A stretch of DNA of 64,000 bases, taken from the sequence record NC_041911.1; one strand, written 5' to 3'. Position numbers and translations under genes: made by a program. The notes under the pieces were generated by a model, which was given only the letters and a program-made list of their open reading frames with translations, searched no databases and was not told the DNA's origin. Of this stretch, positions 8,471 through 18,766 are shown piece by piece (within the stretch, counting starts at the first letter, position 1; every line of letters starts with the position of its first letter).

Positions 8471-8542
8471 AGTGATAGGATACAGATACAGTGTGAGTCT
8501 CTGCATGAAATAAAGACAACGTGTATTTTTTTACTCTACTTC

Positions 8543-9418
8543 TTAGTTTGCGCCAACGAGCCAATTAGCCAAACGCTTGATACCCGCGAGCAACTTGCCG
8601 AAGATACCTTGCGGTTTGGACGTAGTAGCAGCGCTAACGGCTTCAGGTTGAATTGCTGGCTCTGCAACCACTGCTTTCTCTTCAGAGGCAGGAACTTCCG
8701 GCTCCTGTTCTACAGGATCGCGAAGTACGATCCCGTCACCGAAGGCCGGGTACGGTGCTGCGTCGTAGTCTTCCTGATCCATCAGAAGCTCGTTAGTCCA
8801 CTGGTACGTGGCGTGGAAGCCGCTGAGGATATCGAGCCACCAAACGCTACCAGTCGGAGACGGCGTGATGGCGATCTTGTGCTCAGTGCCTTCTTCGTCA
8901 GTGACGATCAGGCAAGGCATGGCCAGCCACTTGTACTGCTCCTTGATTGTGCGGCTCTTGAATGCAAACTCCACACGGATGTCGTGCGGCTTCAGGAAGG
9001 TGTTTTCGAACTGCTTGTTTACCTTAAGCGAGCGGAACACCGATTCGTATTCTTGCTTCGCCAGCGCCTCCTTGTTCTTCACGCAGGAGATGCCGAGGTT
9101 GCACACAGCATCGCAGAACACGAACCAGCGGTTGAAGCGCTCGGCGAATTCCTTTGGCGCGAGTTTTTCCTTCTTGATGGCGGACAGTTGGTCGGCCACG
9201 ATGTGCGGCAAAGCAGCCACGAACTCGTCGCGGTCGAAGTAGTAACCGTCGGCTTGTGCACGCTCTTCATCGATGTTCTTCTGGACTTCTTCCAGCGTAC
9301 CGAGGATGCGGTTGTAATTCGGATCGATGTGCTCGATCGCTGCAATTTCTTCATTCACCGCAGCCACGCCTGCTGCAATGTCGTCTTGTACTTCCTTCGG
9401 GATATTAGAATCACTCAT
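8543..9418 (-). CDS. Hypothetical protein
   Basis: ORF with biased codon usage; start moved to MSDSNIP. Confidence 0.8.
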   Translation of the reverse strand: MSDSNIPKEVQDDIAAGVAAVNEEIAAIEHIDPNYNRILGTLEEVQKNIDEERAQADGYYFDRDEFVAALPHIVADQLSAIKKEKLAPKEFAERFNRWFVFCDAVCNLGISCVKNKEALAKQEYESVFRSLKVNKQFENTFLKPHDIRVEFAFKSRTIKEQYKWLAMPCLIVTDEEGTEHKIAITPSPTGSVWWLDILSGFHATYQWTNELLMDQEDYDAAPYPAFGDGIVLRDPVEQEPEVPASEEKAVVAEPAIQPEAVSAATTSKPQGIFGKLLAGIKRLANWLVGAN

Positions 9419-9492
9419 GATGGGTCTCTGGGTTAGGGTGCAGTGAGAAGTTGCACCAAGATGATAAGGGCTACTGGTTAAAACTAGATTGA

Positions 9493-9522
9493 CGGCATAA
9501 AGGGGAGGCAAAACGCCTCCCC
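9493..9522 (-). terminator. Hairpin plus TTTATGCCG
   Basis: cggcataaa-ggggaggc-aaaac-gcctcccc. Confidence 0.8.
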
Positions 9523-9558
9523 TCTGGGTTAGTTATTCGCTTTCCCGTAAAACCTACT

Positions 9559-9909
9559 TCACGATACCGTGTCTTCAATCACGATATCGAAACTTGGTGC
9601 TCGAACCAACGCACACGCTCGAACATTCGGCGTCACGTGGTGAGTAACCAGCTCTAGTCCAGTCTGATGACAGAAAGTGATCAGCTGACTCAGTTTGACA
9701 GCTTTAGTTGCCGGTTCGATGAAGGTTTCCCTCATTTCGCCCAGCAGCTGACTTTTCTTCCGATTAAATTGAACGGATTGATGCCCATCCTTCGTTCGAC
9801 TACGCGAGAGGACCAGCCTGTTTCCGTCCATTGCTACTGTTGCAGATTCACTGACGAGAATGTCGACTTCATCAATCAGGTCAATGCAACGTTTAAAGGC
9901 AACGTCCAT
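9559..9909 (-). CDS. Hypothetical protein
   Basis: 116 aa, AGGAG SD. Confidence 0.7.
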   Translation of the reverse strand: MDVAFKRCIDLIDEVDILVSESATVAMDGNRLVLSRSRTKDGHQSVQFNRKKSQLLGEMRETFIEPATKAVKLSQLITFCHQTGLELVTHHVTPNVRACALVRAPSFDIVIEDTVS

Positions 9910-10000
9910 TGTTTTTAACTCCTATGCAGTTGGTCTCTACTGCATAAGATAACTAGCCGGCACAAAAGACGGGGAATTTCCCCGTCTCTTATGTTGCTGT

Positions 10001-10603
10001 TTAAACGATCGGGTTCTGGGTGCCGATTTGCTTGTCGTACTTGCCGCCACGGTCTTTGTAGCTGACTTTGCACTCGGCATCAGTACGATTGAAGATCAGC
10101 TGTGCGATGCCTTGGTCGATGTAGACCTTGGCGTGCGCCGCCGTGCTATTGACAATCTCGACCACGAGCTGACCTTCCCAGGTCGGTTCCAGCGGAGTCA
10201 CCAGCGGGAAGATACCGACACGAGCGTAAGTGCTCTTGCCCAGACACGTCACCAGGATATCGCGCGGCACTTTGAAATACTCGGGAGTGTGGCCCAGCAG
10301 CATGCTGCCCGGCGGAATCACCACGTATTCCAGACCGTCTTCGTCCACACACAGTTTCGGCTCGGTGTAAACGTCAGCATGCAGGTTACGCGGATCGGCG
10401 AGCACGCCGTTCAGGTTGGTGAACAGCTTCAGCTCTTTCTTCGTAAGGCGAATGTCATAGCCGTAGGACGACACGCCATACGACAAGATCTTCTGGAGAC
10501 CCTTGTCAGTTTCCATGGTCTTGACAGACTCGTTCACGAAGGGGGTGATCATCCCTTCTTTTTCACAACGTTCAATAATCTGCCAGTCTGCGAGAATGCT
10601 CAT
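10001..10603 (-). CDS. dcd: dCTP deaminase
   Basis: SSYGYDIRL, GKSTYARVGI, PLEPTWEGQLVVEI. Confidence 0.95.
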   Translation of the reverse strand: MSILADWQIIERCEKEGMITPFVNESVKTMETDKGLQKILSYGVSSYGYDIRLTKKELKLFTNLNGVLADPRNLHADVYTEPKLCVDEDGLEYVVIPPGSMLLGHTPEYFKVPRDILVTCLGKSTYARVGIFPLVTPLEPTWEGQLVVEIVNSTAAHAKVYIDQGIAQLIFNRTDAECKVSYKDRGGKYDKQIGTQNPIV

Positions 10604-10646
10604 GATGAATTTCTTTTCCCTGATGGTTGATGGTTAAGATTGTTGC

Positions 10647-11015
10647 TTAGGCGATTTTTCTGCTCCAAACTACACGATAGAACTCGTAGTGATAACGAGT
10701 GCCATCACCGCGCTCGACGTAGAAACCACGATCGTCACGAAAGCCAACCAATCGCGTCGTGTAATCCGTCACCTTGAACATCCAGACACTGCGTCTCATT
10801 TGAATGTTCACTGCTGCGATTGGAGGAATGCGGTGAGCGGCTTTGGTCAGTCTTCGACGATGCATGCGTAACATGTGGCTTACCTCTAAAGCAAAAGAAG
10901 GATCTTTAACGAAAATCGAACGCTCGATATCTACGTAGGTAATATGTCGCCAAAGAATTCTAGAGTTGATTTCTATACATGCGATGAAATGCACCGGTAT
11001 TTTTCTTAGCGACAT
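10647..11015 (-). CDS. Hypothetical protein
   Basis: 122 aa ORF. Confidence 0.65.
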   Translation of the reverse strand: MSLRKIPVHFIACIEINSRILWRHITYVDIERSIFVKDPSFALEVSHMLRMHRRRLTKAAHRIPPIAAVNIQMRRSVWMFKVTDYTTRLVGFRDDRGFYVERGDGTRYHYEFYRVVWSRKIA

Positions 11016-11048
11016 AAGGCCAGGGATTTCTCCCTGGCCGCTATGCTG

Positions 11049-12851
11049 TTACGTCAACTTCGTGATCGCGCCGTTGGTTTCCAGCCGATAGGTTCCGCCC
11101 ACCGTACTGGTCACCACACGAGGCGAGCCAAAGAAGTCATGCGGCTTTAGTCCGACGATCTCTTGGATCGATCCGGACTTGTACGCATAGACTTTGCTGG
11201 TTTGCGCGTCGATGAGTACCGTCCCGGGATTAGCAGCCGCTGCAGCTACTGCTGTTGCACAAGCAGTGCTAGTTGCATAGATAGCCGCAGTCAAACTATC
11301 CGACGTCTGGAGCTTGCCCTGCATCAGATTCTCGAAGTAAGCCACCTGCATCGATACTGACTTCAATTGCTGCTGAGCCGATGGCGCTACATAACCTTTC
11401 ATGGTGTTGAAAACCATGGTCAGGCCATTTCGCAGAGGCAAATCACCGATCATGTCGCGATAGCTCTTATACTTCGAGGAAAGACTGACGTGACCGGACT
11501 CCGCATCGAACTCAGGTCGAACAATGGTCAACGACTTAGTATAACTGAACGGAATCGCGATTGCCTGTTGGACCGTATCATTCTTCCGCATCGGAGTGCG
11601 GTTCGCAGCGCCTGCATACCAGTAGGTGTACGATTGTCCGCCGGAATAGTAAACCTCACCAATCCGTTTTCCATTCAGCAGGATCTCGCCCCACACCGTC
11701 CCAAGATTCGAACCATCCAGACTCATGGAGAGATCAACTTTCCCACCCCAGTCAGCCCAAGCCTTCCCACCATTAGTCTCTAGCAAACCGGAGGATGGGT
11801 TGGTCGACTTCGCAAAGACGAATTCCGTACCTTGGATGTTGTACACGAACTTGTCTGAGTACATCGAGCCATCGCTCGTCAAAGCCAGCACATTGATCGT
11901 GTTCAGGCCGTTAGCAGAGACATTTTGCGAAGGAACTGAACCAGGAGCGTAAGTAGTAGCTGACGGCGCAACTACGCGAGACTCCGAAGCACCTGCTGCT
12001 ACGTAATCCGTATCAGCCATCCCTGCGTACAGTGGGTGATCACCATAAGTCGTCCGCAGGAAGCCCACCTGCACTGGTGTACGGTCGTAATTACCAGTGA
12101 AATACGTACCGAACTTCGAAACGATTGCATTAGCTGTTTTGAAGAAGGCGGGATCAGCCGTACTAATGTCAGCGATCGTATTGAGGTTATAACCGTGGTC
12201 AGTGATCACCACCACGCCATTACCATTTTGACGATATGTCGCAACGTCAGTACAGGCTTGCGCTGTGATCTTCGAAACAGTTGACCAGCTCGAACTGATG
12301 AACACTACGCAAGCATATTGCTCCATTTCGGATAGCGTAGGGTTAAGCGTTCCACCATAATCATTGCTATCTTTAATAGTTGGTGTGAAACCCGCCACTG
12401 AGCAAATCGCATTGATCGTGTTGTAGAAGCCAGAAGAACCTGTGCTCTTGATGGGATAGTTACCAGTAACAATGTCGTCACCGAGAAACAGTACCTTCTT
12501 GTTACCCGCTGCAACTTTAGTGGGATTGGCTACCCAGTTCAGTGCGTTGTACAAATACTTCCCAGCCGGAGTCAGTGCGGAGAAGCTTGCGGGACTAGCG
12601 GGATTGGCACTGTTGTAGAATTTCGGGAACCCGCCGTCATACACTACGCGACCGTTACCGTCTTCCGTCACTGCGATAAACGGATTAGGTGGTGTCAGCG
12701 TGTCATACGCGATGTATTTGGAAATGCTGGGAGGAGCGCCGTTCAGCGTAATTGCTACTTGCGTAACGTCTGCTCGAAAAGTAAATGAAACGTTCTGGGC
12801 GCTACCATACGCCCCCGGGGTAATGCTAGGAGTAGTCGCTGGCAACGTCAT
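11049..12851 (-). CDS. Putative virion structural or fibre-associated protein
   Basis: 600 aa, Thr/Ser/Gly/Asn-rich beta character, AGGAG SD, in structural block. Confidence 0.7.
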   Translation of the reverse strand: MTLPATTPSITPGAYGSAQNVSFTFRADVTQVAITLNGAPPSISKYIAYDTLTPPNPFIAVTEDGNGRVVYDGGFPKFYNSANPASPASFSALTPAGKYLYNALNWVANPTKVAAGNKKVLFLGDDIVTGNYPIKSTGSSGFYNTINAICSVAGFTPTIKDSNDYGGTLNPTLSEMEQYACVVFISSSWSTVSKITAQACTDVATYRQNGNGVVVITDHGYNLNTIADISTADPAFFKTANAIVSKFGTYFTGNYDRTPVQVGFLRTTYGDHPLYAGMADTDYVAAGASESRVVAPSATTYAPGSVPSQNVSANGLNTINVLALTSDGSMYSDKFVYNIQGTEFVFAKSTNPSSGLLETNGGKAWADWGGKVDLSMSLDGSNLGTVWGEILLNGKRIGEVYYSGGQSYTYWYAGAANRTPMRKNDTVQQAIAIPFSYTKSLTIVRPEFDAESGHVSLSSKYKSYRDMIGDLPLRNGLTMVFNTMKGYVAPSAQQQLKSVSMQVAYFENLMQGKLQTSDSLTAAIYATSTACATAVAAAAANPGTVLIDAQTSKVYAYKSGSIQEIVGLKPHDFFGSPRVVTSTVGGTYRLETNGAITKLT

Positions 12852-12861
12852 TGCTTACTCC

Positions 12862-13218
12862 TTATACTTCAGCCAACACCGCGAAGACGCGGATAATGAA
12901 CGACAACGTGCTGGCGTGTTGGTTGACGACGCGCACTTGGCCGGTTTCTTTGTAGCCGATAGCGGCAACACCAAGGGCCGAAACGTAAAAGCCATTGGTT
13001 GGAGAGGCAGCATCGTTATCCAGTACGAATACTTGGATTTCGGTGCGAGTTAAATCGTATTTGGATGCATCAGCGCCAAGTGCGGCCGCCATATCGTAAT
13101 CCCAAGTTTGATTTGTATTCAGATCAACGTGGGCAACAGTTTGATAAGCGTGACGACCATACAGAGTGCCTTTCGTTACGAGAATCGCACCGTTCAGGTT
13201 CGGGAAAGGAGTGGCCAT
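12862..13218 (-). CDS. Putative small virion structural protein
   Basis: 118 aa, beta-rich, co-transcribed with the 600 aa gene. Confidence 0.65.
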   Translation of the reverse strand: MATPFPNLNGAILVTKGTLYGRHAYQTVAHVDLNTNQTWDYDMAAALGADASKYDLTRTEIQVFVLDNDAASPTNGFYVSALGVAAIGYKETGQVRVVNQHASTLSFIIRVFAVLAEV

Positions 13219-13287
13219 ATCTTTTTTCTTCCAACAAGAGGGAACAACAGCCTGCTTTATTGCAGGCTATACTCATAGTAATCGAGG

Positions 13288-13324
13288 CAGCATAAAGCCC
13301 GGGTTTCCCCGGGCCCATATGCCG
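13288..13324. terminator. Hairpin flanked by inverted GCATA/TATGC arms
   Basis: cagcataaa-gcccggg-tttc-cccgggc-ccatatgccg. Confidence 0.75.
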
Positions 13325-13336
13325 TTGAAGTTAGGA

Positions 13337-14377
13337 TTACATGGCTTGGAAGAGGCCCACGAACACCATCAGTCCTGCGAGCCCGCCAACGTAACGATAG
13401 AAGTCAGCGGGACGGGTCTTGAAGTAACTGGCCGAGATAGCACCGCACTTGTGAACCGGGGACAACAGATAACCGGCGTATTCTGCCATCAGGATGATCG
13501 GGAAATACTGGATACCGAATAGCAACGTCATTGCCACACAGATACCAGCGTACTTACCGCTCGAACCCAGCGCAAACGATGCTGCGAAGCCGCCAGCAAC
13601 AGCCACACCGATCAGGCCAGGAGTCAGTGTGCCCATGTGTGCGATTTTGAAGAAGTTCTGGATGGCATCCGAGTTCATCTTCAGGTAGTTCGACAACACG
13701 ATCACCCCAGCAACCAACAGCAAGGTATCCCACTTGATGAAGGAGAGCAGTTCTTCAGCTCGCACTCGGTTAGTGATAACGTAGAACAATGCCACCACTG
13801 GGAAGATGAAATACGGTTCGCAGAAGATGCTTGCCGCCAGACCAGCCAAGAATGGCACGATTTGCAGCACTTCCAAAGCCGAATACGACTTGCGCACCGT
13901 TGACAGCTCGATGTCATCTTCCTGCACGTAGTTGAACACCACGAACACGAGGTAAGCCACGTAGGCGAGCAGCGGCCAAACGGTGTAGGCCAACAGTTGC
14001 GAGTACGTAAGGCTCAAACCAGCCATCATGATCAGCACGGACTTCTCCAGCGGCGACCACAAGTAGTAGTGATGTGTTGCCACGAAATCGAGCACACCCA
14101 TCTTGCCACGCGAAGCATGCGCCGAGCAACAACTGTCACGCGGTGTCTTGACGAGCGAGTCGAGGATCGGCGCTGAGACACTGACACGCCCTTCCACCGG
14201 CAGCACACCGGAGATCAGGGAGATGCCGAGCAGTGCGAGTCGTTTCGACCGCACTTTGTCAACAAACGCGACAAAGGCCGGGATGAACAACCCTCGCGTC
14301 TTGAAGATGCCTCCGATGATAAAGGCGCTCAGCAGCACGAGCAGGGCCTCCTGGCCCGAGAAGAGAAGTTTAAGCAT
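13337..14377 (-). CDS. Multi-pass membrane transporter (IT/ArsB-NhaD-CitMHS-like)
   Basis: About 10 hydrophobic segments; ISGVLPVEGRVSVSAP re-entrant motif; start overlaps the U32 stop. Confidence 0.65.
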   Translation of the reverse strand: MLKLLFSGQEALLVLLSAFIIGGIFKTRGLFIPAFVAFVDKVRSKRLALLGISLISGVLPVEGRVSVSAPILDSLVKTPRDSCCSAHASRGKMGVLDFVATHHYYLWSPLEKSVLIMMAGLSLTYSQLLAYTVWPLLAYVAYLVFVVFNYVQEDDIELSTVRKSYSALEVLQIVPFLAGLAASIFCEPYFIFPVVALFYVITNRVRAEELLSFIKWDTLLLVAGVIVLSNYLKMNSDAIQNFFKIAHMGTLTPGLIGVAVAGGFAASFALGSSGKYAGICVAMTLLFGIQYFPIILMAEYAGYLLSPVHKCGAISASYFKTRPADFYRYVGGLAGLMVFVGLFQAM

Positions 14378-15410
14378 GTTGTTGATTTTCCTTGATTTTA
14401 GCGACCGTGTCTTCACACACAGTGCACTTCCAGCAATTGAACCGACAGGTTCGGATGGTTTTCAACCAGATCTTGCGATCCAGCTCCGGCAGCACTGACA
14501 AGGCTTGACGGTAAGGATCATCGATCATTTCCCGTCGCACGAACTGCCGAACGATTTTCAGCGTCTGGTAGAACGTGTGCTTACTCTCTCGCCCATGCAT
14601 CTTGAAGACATCGACGTAGTTCGAGAGATTATCGAGCGTGCTATAGAAAGAGGGGATACTGGCAGCTTTCAGCGCCCAGAGAATGGAGTTCTCGTCCTTG
14701 ATCTTGCAGGGCGAGATATCAAACATCTCCGAAGCGAAATAGGCCTTGTCTTTCTCAGCACGACGAAGGTTGTAAGTGTAATGGTCCTGATGTACCGGAC
14801 AGTTCCCTTCACACATTTCGTTATACAGCAACGAGATGTAGAGCTTTCTTCCCAGCTTCCTTTCCATCGCTAATTTAGCAGCGTGGACTTCTTTCAGCGT
14901 GCGCTCGTCACGCATCAGAGTCCGGTCGAGGTTGATATAATCGAACCCATCTTGGAAAAGCACTGCAACTTCCGAAGCTGTCTGTACACGGCTGAGAATC
15001 GTGTTCTTGACAAACAGTTCCGGAAACTCCTGCTTCAGTCCAAACCGCAACCATGCCGTATTCGGAATGGTGACGATTCGGATACCTTCGTCATAAAGCG
15101 GACGAAAGTGCTTCACGAACGTTTGATAGTTCGCAAAGCTGGGTGAAACGGTGATGTTGTTGAAAGTAGGAGAGGCATGCAGTCCAAAGCGGTCAGCAAC
15201 GATCATCGCATTACGCGTAACTGTTGCGACTTCTTCAGGGACAATCACACCGCCCATGGCATCGTTTTGGAACGGGGGTAGCCGGCAGGTGAAGTACAAG
15301 TCCGAGATAACGTCCTTGCACTCCTCCAGAAACGGATACACATCCCGCTCGATCTCCTCTGGACTCAAACCGGGCCACAGAGGGATCGAGAACTGGATGT
15401 CTTTCAGCAT
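14370..15410 (-). CDS. U32-family-like Fe-S protein
   Basis: DYINLDRTLMRD, YNEMCEGNCP, distal SPC, FKMHGRE, C-terminal CxxxCxxCxxC. Confidence 0.7.
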   Translation of the reverse strand: MLKDIQFSIPLWPGLSPEEIERDVYPFLEECKDVISDLYFTCRLPPFQNDAMGGVIVPEEVATVTRNAMIVADRFGLHASPTFNNITVSPSFANYQTFVKHFRPLYDEGIRIVTIPNTAWLRFGLKQEFPELFVKNTILSRVQTASEVAVLFQDGFDYINLDRTLMRDERTLKEVHAAKLAMERKLGRKLYISLLYNEMCEGNCPVHQDHYTYNLRRAEKDKAYFASEMFDISPCKIKDENSILWALKAASIPSFYSTLDNLSNYVDVFKMHGRESKHTFYQTLKIVRQFVRREMIDDPYRQALSVLPELDRKIWLKTIRTCRFNCWKCTVCEDTVAKIKENQQHA

Positions 15411-16058
15411 TTAGCGATCCTGTAAGGCCAGTTGCTGATCGCGAACATCGCGCAGAGCATTCTGCGTGACGATAGCTTGACCTTGCGCCAGCGACAGAAT
15501 GCTCTGCTGCTGTTCCAGCGGCAGGTTCAGGATAGCTTCCAGAGTGCCTTTGTTGATGGTGCCGAAGTTGATCAGGTCAGAATGCACGCCACGCGCCAAC
15601 TTGTGCGTCCAGAAGTGCGCTTCGTTGACTGCGTGGAAGTTCGGATCTTGCAGCTCCTTGAGCAGCTTTTCTTTGCCGCCGAAATGCTCATCGGCAAGCT
15701 TGATCAACTGATCATTGAAGAACTGGACTTCAGCGTTCTGCTGACTCAAGATGGACTGCTTGCGATTCAGCTCGAACTCGTACCGGCGGATCTGTACATC
15801 TTGCAGCTGGCTTTCGAGTTTGTTGAACGAGCCTACTTTTTCTTTCGCTTGCTCGGCCTGCTGTTTCTTGATCTGCAACTCCTCGATATCGAAACCGATC
15901 GAGGTGATGTTTTCAAGACGTGCGCGCGTCTCGACGATAATCTGCCGCAGCTTGCGATACGGCGTGATCTGATCCTTGATCACGAAATTATCCATCTGGA
16001 ATACCGACATGCCATTCGACATATGCGGTTCGAGACTGAGGTAAAGGCTGATGTCCAT
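15411..16058 (-). CDS. Coiled-coil hypothetical protein
   Basis: Heptad-rich middle, FWTHKLARGVHSDLINFGTINKGTLEAI tail; stop abuts next ATG. Confidence 0.8.
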   Translation of the reverse strand: MDISLYLSLEPHMSNGMSVFQMDNFVIKDQITPYRKLRQIIVETRARLENITSIGFDIEELQIKKQQAEQAKEKVGSFNKLESQLQDVQIRRYEFELNRKQSILSQQNAEVQFFNDQLIKLADEHFGGKEKLLKELQDPNFHAVNEAHFWTHKLARGVHSDLINFGTINKGTLEAILNLPLEQQQSILSLAQGQAIVTQNALRDVRDQQLALQDR

Positions 16059-16072
16059 CTTGGTTACCAGGG

Positions 16073-16549
16073 TTAGAGGTTATAGTGGAGATTCTTGCGG
16101 ATGTAGGTACGTGCGTCCTCGGCAGTCGTCAGTGCATTCACGGCATCGACGTACGTTTGCACGATGTCGTCAGCAATGTCATACATCCGTTTCTTGTCAG
16201 GAATCCAGACGTTGAGCATCAGCCATTTCATGTAATCGAGCTGGATGGTCAACTGGTCTTCGCTATAAATAATAGCCCGCCTGTTTTTATTATCCACCTC
16301 AGTGCCAAACGCTACTTCCCCGTTGAAAGGGTCATACCAAAGCTTACGCCCTTGCGGGTGCTGGTAGAAGATGTGTTTGGCGTACTGCTCGTCCGGATAG
16401 TCGACAACGAACTCCGCATTCGGGGTAGTCGGACACACGACGATGAACAGGCGGTTTTCCAGTGCGCCGCCGCCTACGATTTCAAAACCATCCGGTTGCT
16501 GACTGTGATCAAACGTACCGGACTGATTCTTAACAATGAAGAATGCCAT
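16073..16549 (-). CDS. Hypothetical protein
   Basis: 158 aa; ATG abuts upstream stop. Confidence 0.8.
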   Translation of the reverse strand: MAFFIVKNQSGTFDHSQQPDGFEIVGGGALENRLFIVVCPTTPNAEFVVDYPDEQYAKHIFYQHPQGRKLWYDPFNGEVAFGTEVDNKNRRAIIYSEDQLTIQLDYMKWLMLNVWIPDKKRMYDIADDIVQTYVDAVNALTTAEDARTYIRKNLHYNL

Positions 16550-17476
16550 TTAGAACCCCTGCATCATCTGGCCAGATGACTGGGCAAGCACCAGATCCGG
16601 CAAAGTGGCGATAGCTTCGGTGGCAAGCGAGATGCGCTGGCACAGACCGTGCTGCGTATTGCCGTAACGACCCGTGGTGTCGGAGTAACCAGCCATCATA
16701 AAGCCATAACTGCTGTTCGCCAGAGCATGACTCTCACCGAAGTTGTACGAGTAGGATGAAGCTACTGTGAAGGCTTGAATCGTTGAACCGCTGACATCAA
16801 GACGGACGTTGCGACCAAGCATACCAACGAAGTAGCCGCGAGTGTTATTCACGCTCATGCCGCACGGAATCTGGATATTGCTGTCCAATGCTGATGGGCC
16901 ACCAATGCCGGACGCTACCGCCTTCGTCGTGAAGTTGAGCGTAGTAACGGATTGGTTAGCCGGCGTCAGGAAGAAACCAGCCGAGCCCGTACCGATAGCT
17001 TGTCGAGTGCTACCGTAAGGTGCACTGGAAAGCAAACCTTGGCTTGTCGGCGTATCGGTCGTCAAATCAACCTTATACCAGTCACCATCGATACTAGCTT
17101 GGATCGACGGATTGACTGTAGCCAAAATCCAAGCCTGCGAATAGACGTTCAAGTCGGACACTGACACACTCGGATCGCGCGCAGTAGTGAACGATGCAGA
17201 TGCGCTGGCGGTGATGTAGTTGAACTTGTTGTATGCTGTCGTATCACTGATCGAGAAGTAACCATTGTACGCCCCAGAAATACCAGGGCGGTAATTACGC
17301 TGGTAACCAGTGTCATACACGAGCTGCCCTACTTGCGTAGTCGTGTTGAACAGCTGCACTTTGGAGTGCACAGTAGAGTCTTTGTAGCCACCTTGCAGGT
17401 AGCCAATCGAGCGTTGTACCGGTCCCAAGTTCCCCGGGACCGTACGATTTCTCGTGAGTGCTTTTAAGAGACCCAT
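16550..17476 (-). CDS. Kelch-like beta-propeller protein
   Basis: Repeated G-Y/F-x-x-G-G blades (GYLQGG, GYFSI, GFFL, GYFVG, GFMMAG); start MGLLKAL with GAGG SD. Confidence 0.65.
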   Translation of the reverse strand: MGLLKALTRNRTVPGNLGPVQRSIGYLQGGYKDSTVHSKVQLFNTTTQVGQLVYDTGYQRNYRPGISGAYNGYFSISDTTAYNKFNYITASASASFTTARDPSVSVSDLNVYSQAWILATVNPSIQASIDGDWYKVDLTTDTPTSQGLLSSAPYGSTRQAIGTGSAGFFLTPANQSVTTLNFTTKAVASGIGGPSALDSNIQIPCGMSVNNTRGYFVGMLGRNVRLDVSGSTIQAFTVASSYSYNFGESHALANSSYGFMMAGYSDTTGRYGNTQHGLCQRISLATEAIATLPDLVLAQSSGQMMQGF

Positions 17477-17487
17477 GTTTCCCTCAA

Positions 17488-18000
17488 TTAGGCAGTATTG
17501 GCCAGGATAGCGATCGTCAGATCGGTAAGCGTGGCATCTTGCGTAGATGGCAGGCACTTCATGGCAAATTGGTCGCCCGGGTTGAGTAACAGGTCAGTTG
17601 CCAGAGTAAACGTGCCGTTGGTCGCATTCGCAGCAAAGTTCAGCGTACCAACCTGTACACCGTTCTTCATAATCGCAATGTCGAACGAAGCAGAGGCTGC
17701 AATACTACAGAAAGCAAAGCTACCCGGACAGCCAGCCAGAATCTTGACTGTGCGAACAGAAATCGCACGCATCAAGATTTCCTGTACGAGCGGCTTGCCG
17801 TTGATGAAGTTGTGAAAGTCATAGGTAGACGGACCAGCAGGTCCTTGAATACCCTGGGAGCCCGTCGCTCCGGTAGCACCCTGCACACCTTGCGGGCCCG
17901 CAGGCCCGGCAGGCCCTTGGGGTCCCGCAGGAATAGCGGCTACCTTGCCATCGACATAGCCTTGCGATGCGAGCGCTTTGCCATTAACAGGAAAAGTCAT
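17488..18000 (-). CDS. Short collagen-like fibre protein
   Basis: LASQGYVD motif, about 11 Gly-X-Y triplets, C-terminal beta-sandwich. Confidence 0.8.
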   Translation of the reverse strand: MTFPVNGKALASQGYVDGKVAAIPAGPQGPAGPAGPQGVQGATGATGSQGIQGPAGPSTYDFHNFINGKPLVQEILMRAISVRTVKILAGCPGSFAFCSIAASASFDIAIMKNGVQVGTLNFAANATNGTFTLATDLLLNPGDQFAMKCLPSTQDATLTDLTIAILANTA

Positions 18001-18148
18001 TTTTATTCCGCCACGAATATGAGTTAAAAGATACTCGACCCCTTATAAGGGTCGTAAGCTCATAGTAATCTCAGTCGCAACGGCATAAACGGCGGTGGGG
18101 GAAACCCACCGCCTTGGGTGCTCCTTAGCCCCTAAGTGCAGCCAGTGT

Positions 18149-18766
18149 TTAAGCCAGCCACGGTAAAGCAGCAGTGTCTAGGAAATTCATGCTCTTGGCG
18201 AAGAAACTAGCGCTGACGAACATGAGAAATCCGTGATACTGTTGAACGAACTTCGAACTACTTTGTACTAACCCCCTGAAGCCATCACGAACGATGGCCA
18301 TGCTGCCAAAATTGCTGTCACTGCCACCAGTTAACACATTCTCACTCTCGTGGAACACCGGCTCAATGTACGTCTGCCAATAATCCACCGCATTGCCTTC
18401 ATGCGGCTTGAAAGTGCTTCCATCCCATACAAGCAAGAACGCTTGCCCGCGAACCAGAGCTTGATCCGGATCACGCAACAATACTACACGCTCTTTACCT
18501 GCAGCGACCAAATAGCGGCTTTCCAGGATACTGTTGCCATCCAATCCGATGCGTTCACGACAGATATACTGCATCGGTTGACGGCGGTATCGCTGAGGAT
18601 AGTGCGCACTATCCTCATGTTGACTTGTTAGAAAGTCAAATGGAAGTACCTCAGTTTGTCGACATAAACGATTGCGCACATTCCGATACAGCATTTGATA
18701 CGACTGGAACTTCAAACGTTCCTGCATCGGAATTTCACTGCACGCGTCTTCGCACATATCTAGCAC
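18149..18766 (-). CDS. Hypothetical protein
   Basis: 205 aa ORF followed by hairpin 18081-18113. Confidence 0.65.
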   Translation of the reverse strand: MLDMCEDACSEIPMQERLKFQSYQMLYRNVRNRLCRQTEVLPFDFLTSQHEDSAHYPQRYRRQPMQYICRERIGLDGNSILESRYLVAAGKERVVLLRDPDQALVRGQAFLLVWDGSTFKPHEGNAVDYWQTYIEPVFHESENVLTGGSDSNFGSMAIVRDGFRGLVQSSSKFVQQYHGFLMFVSASFFAKSMNFLDTAALPWLA

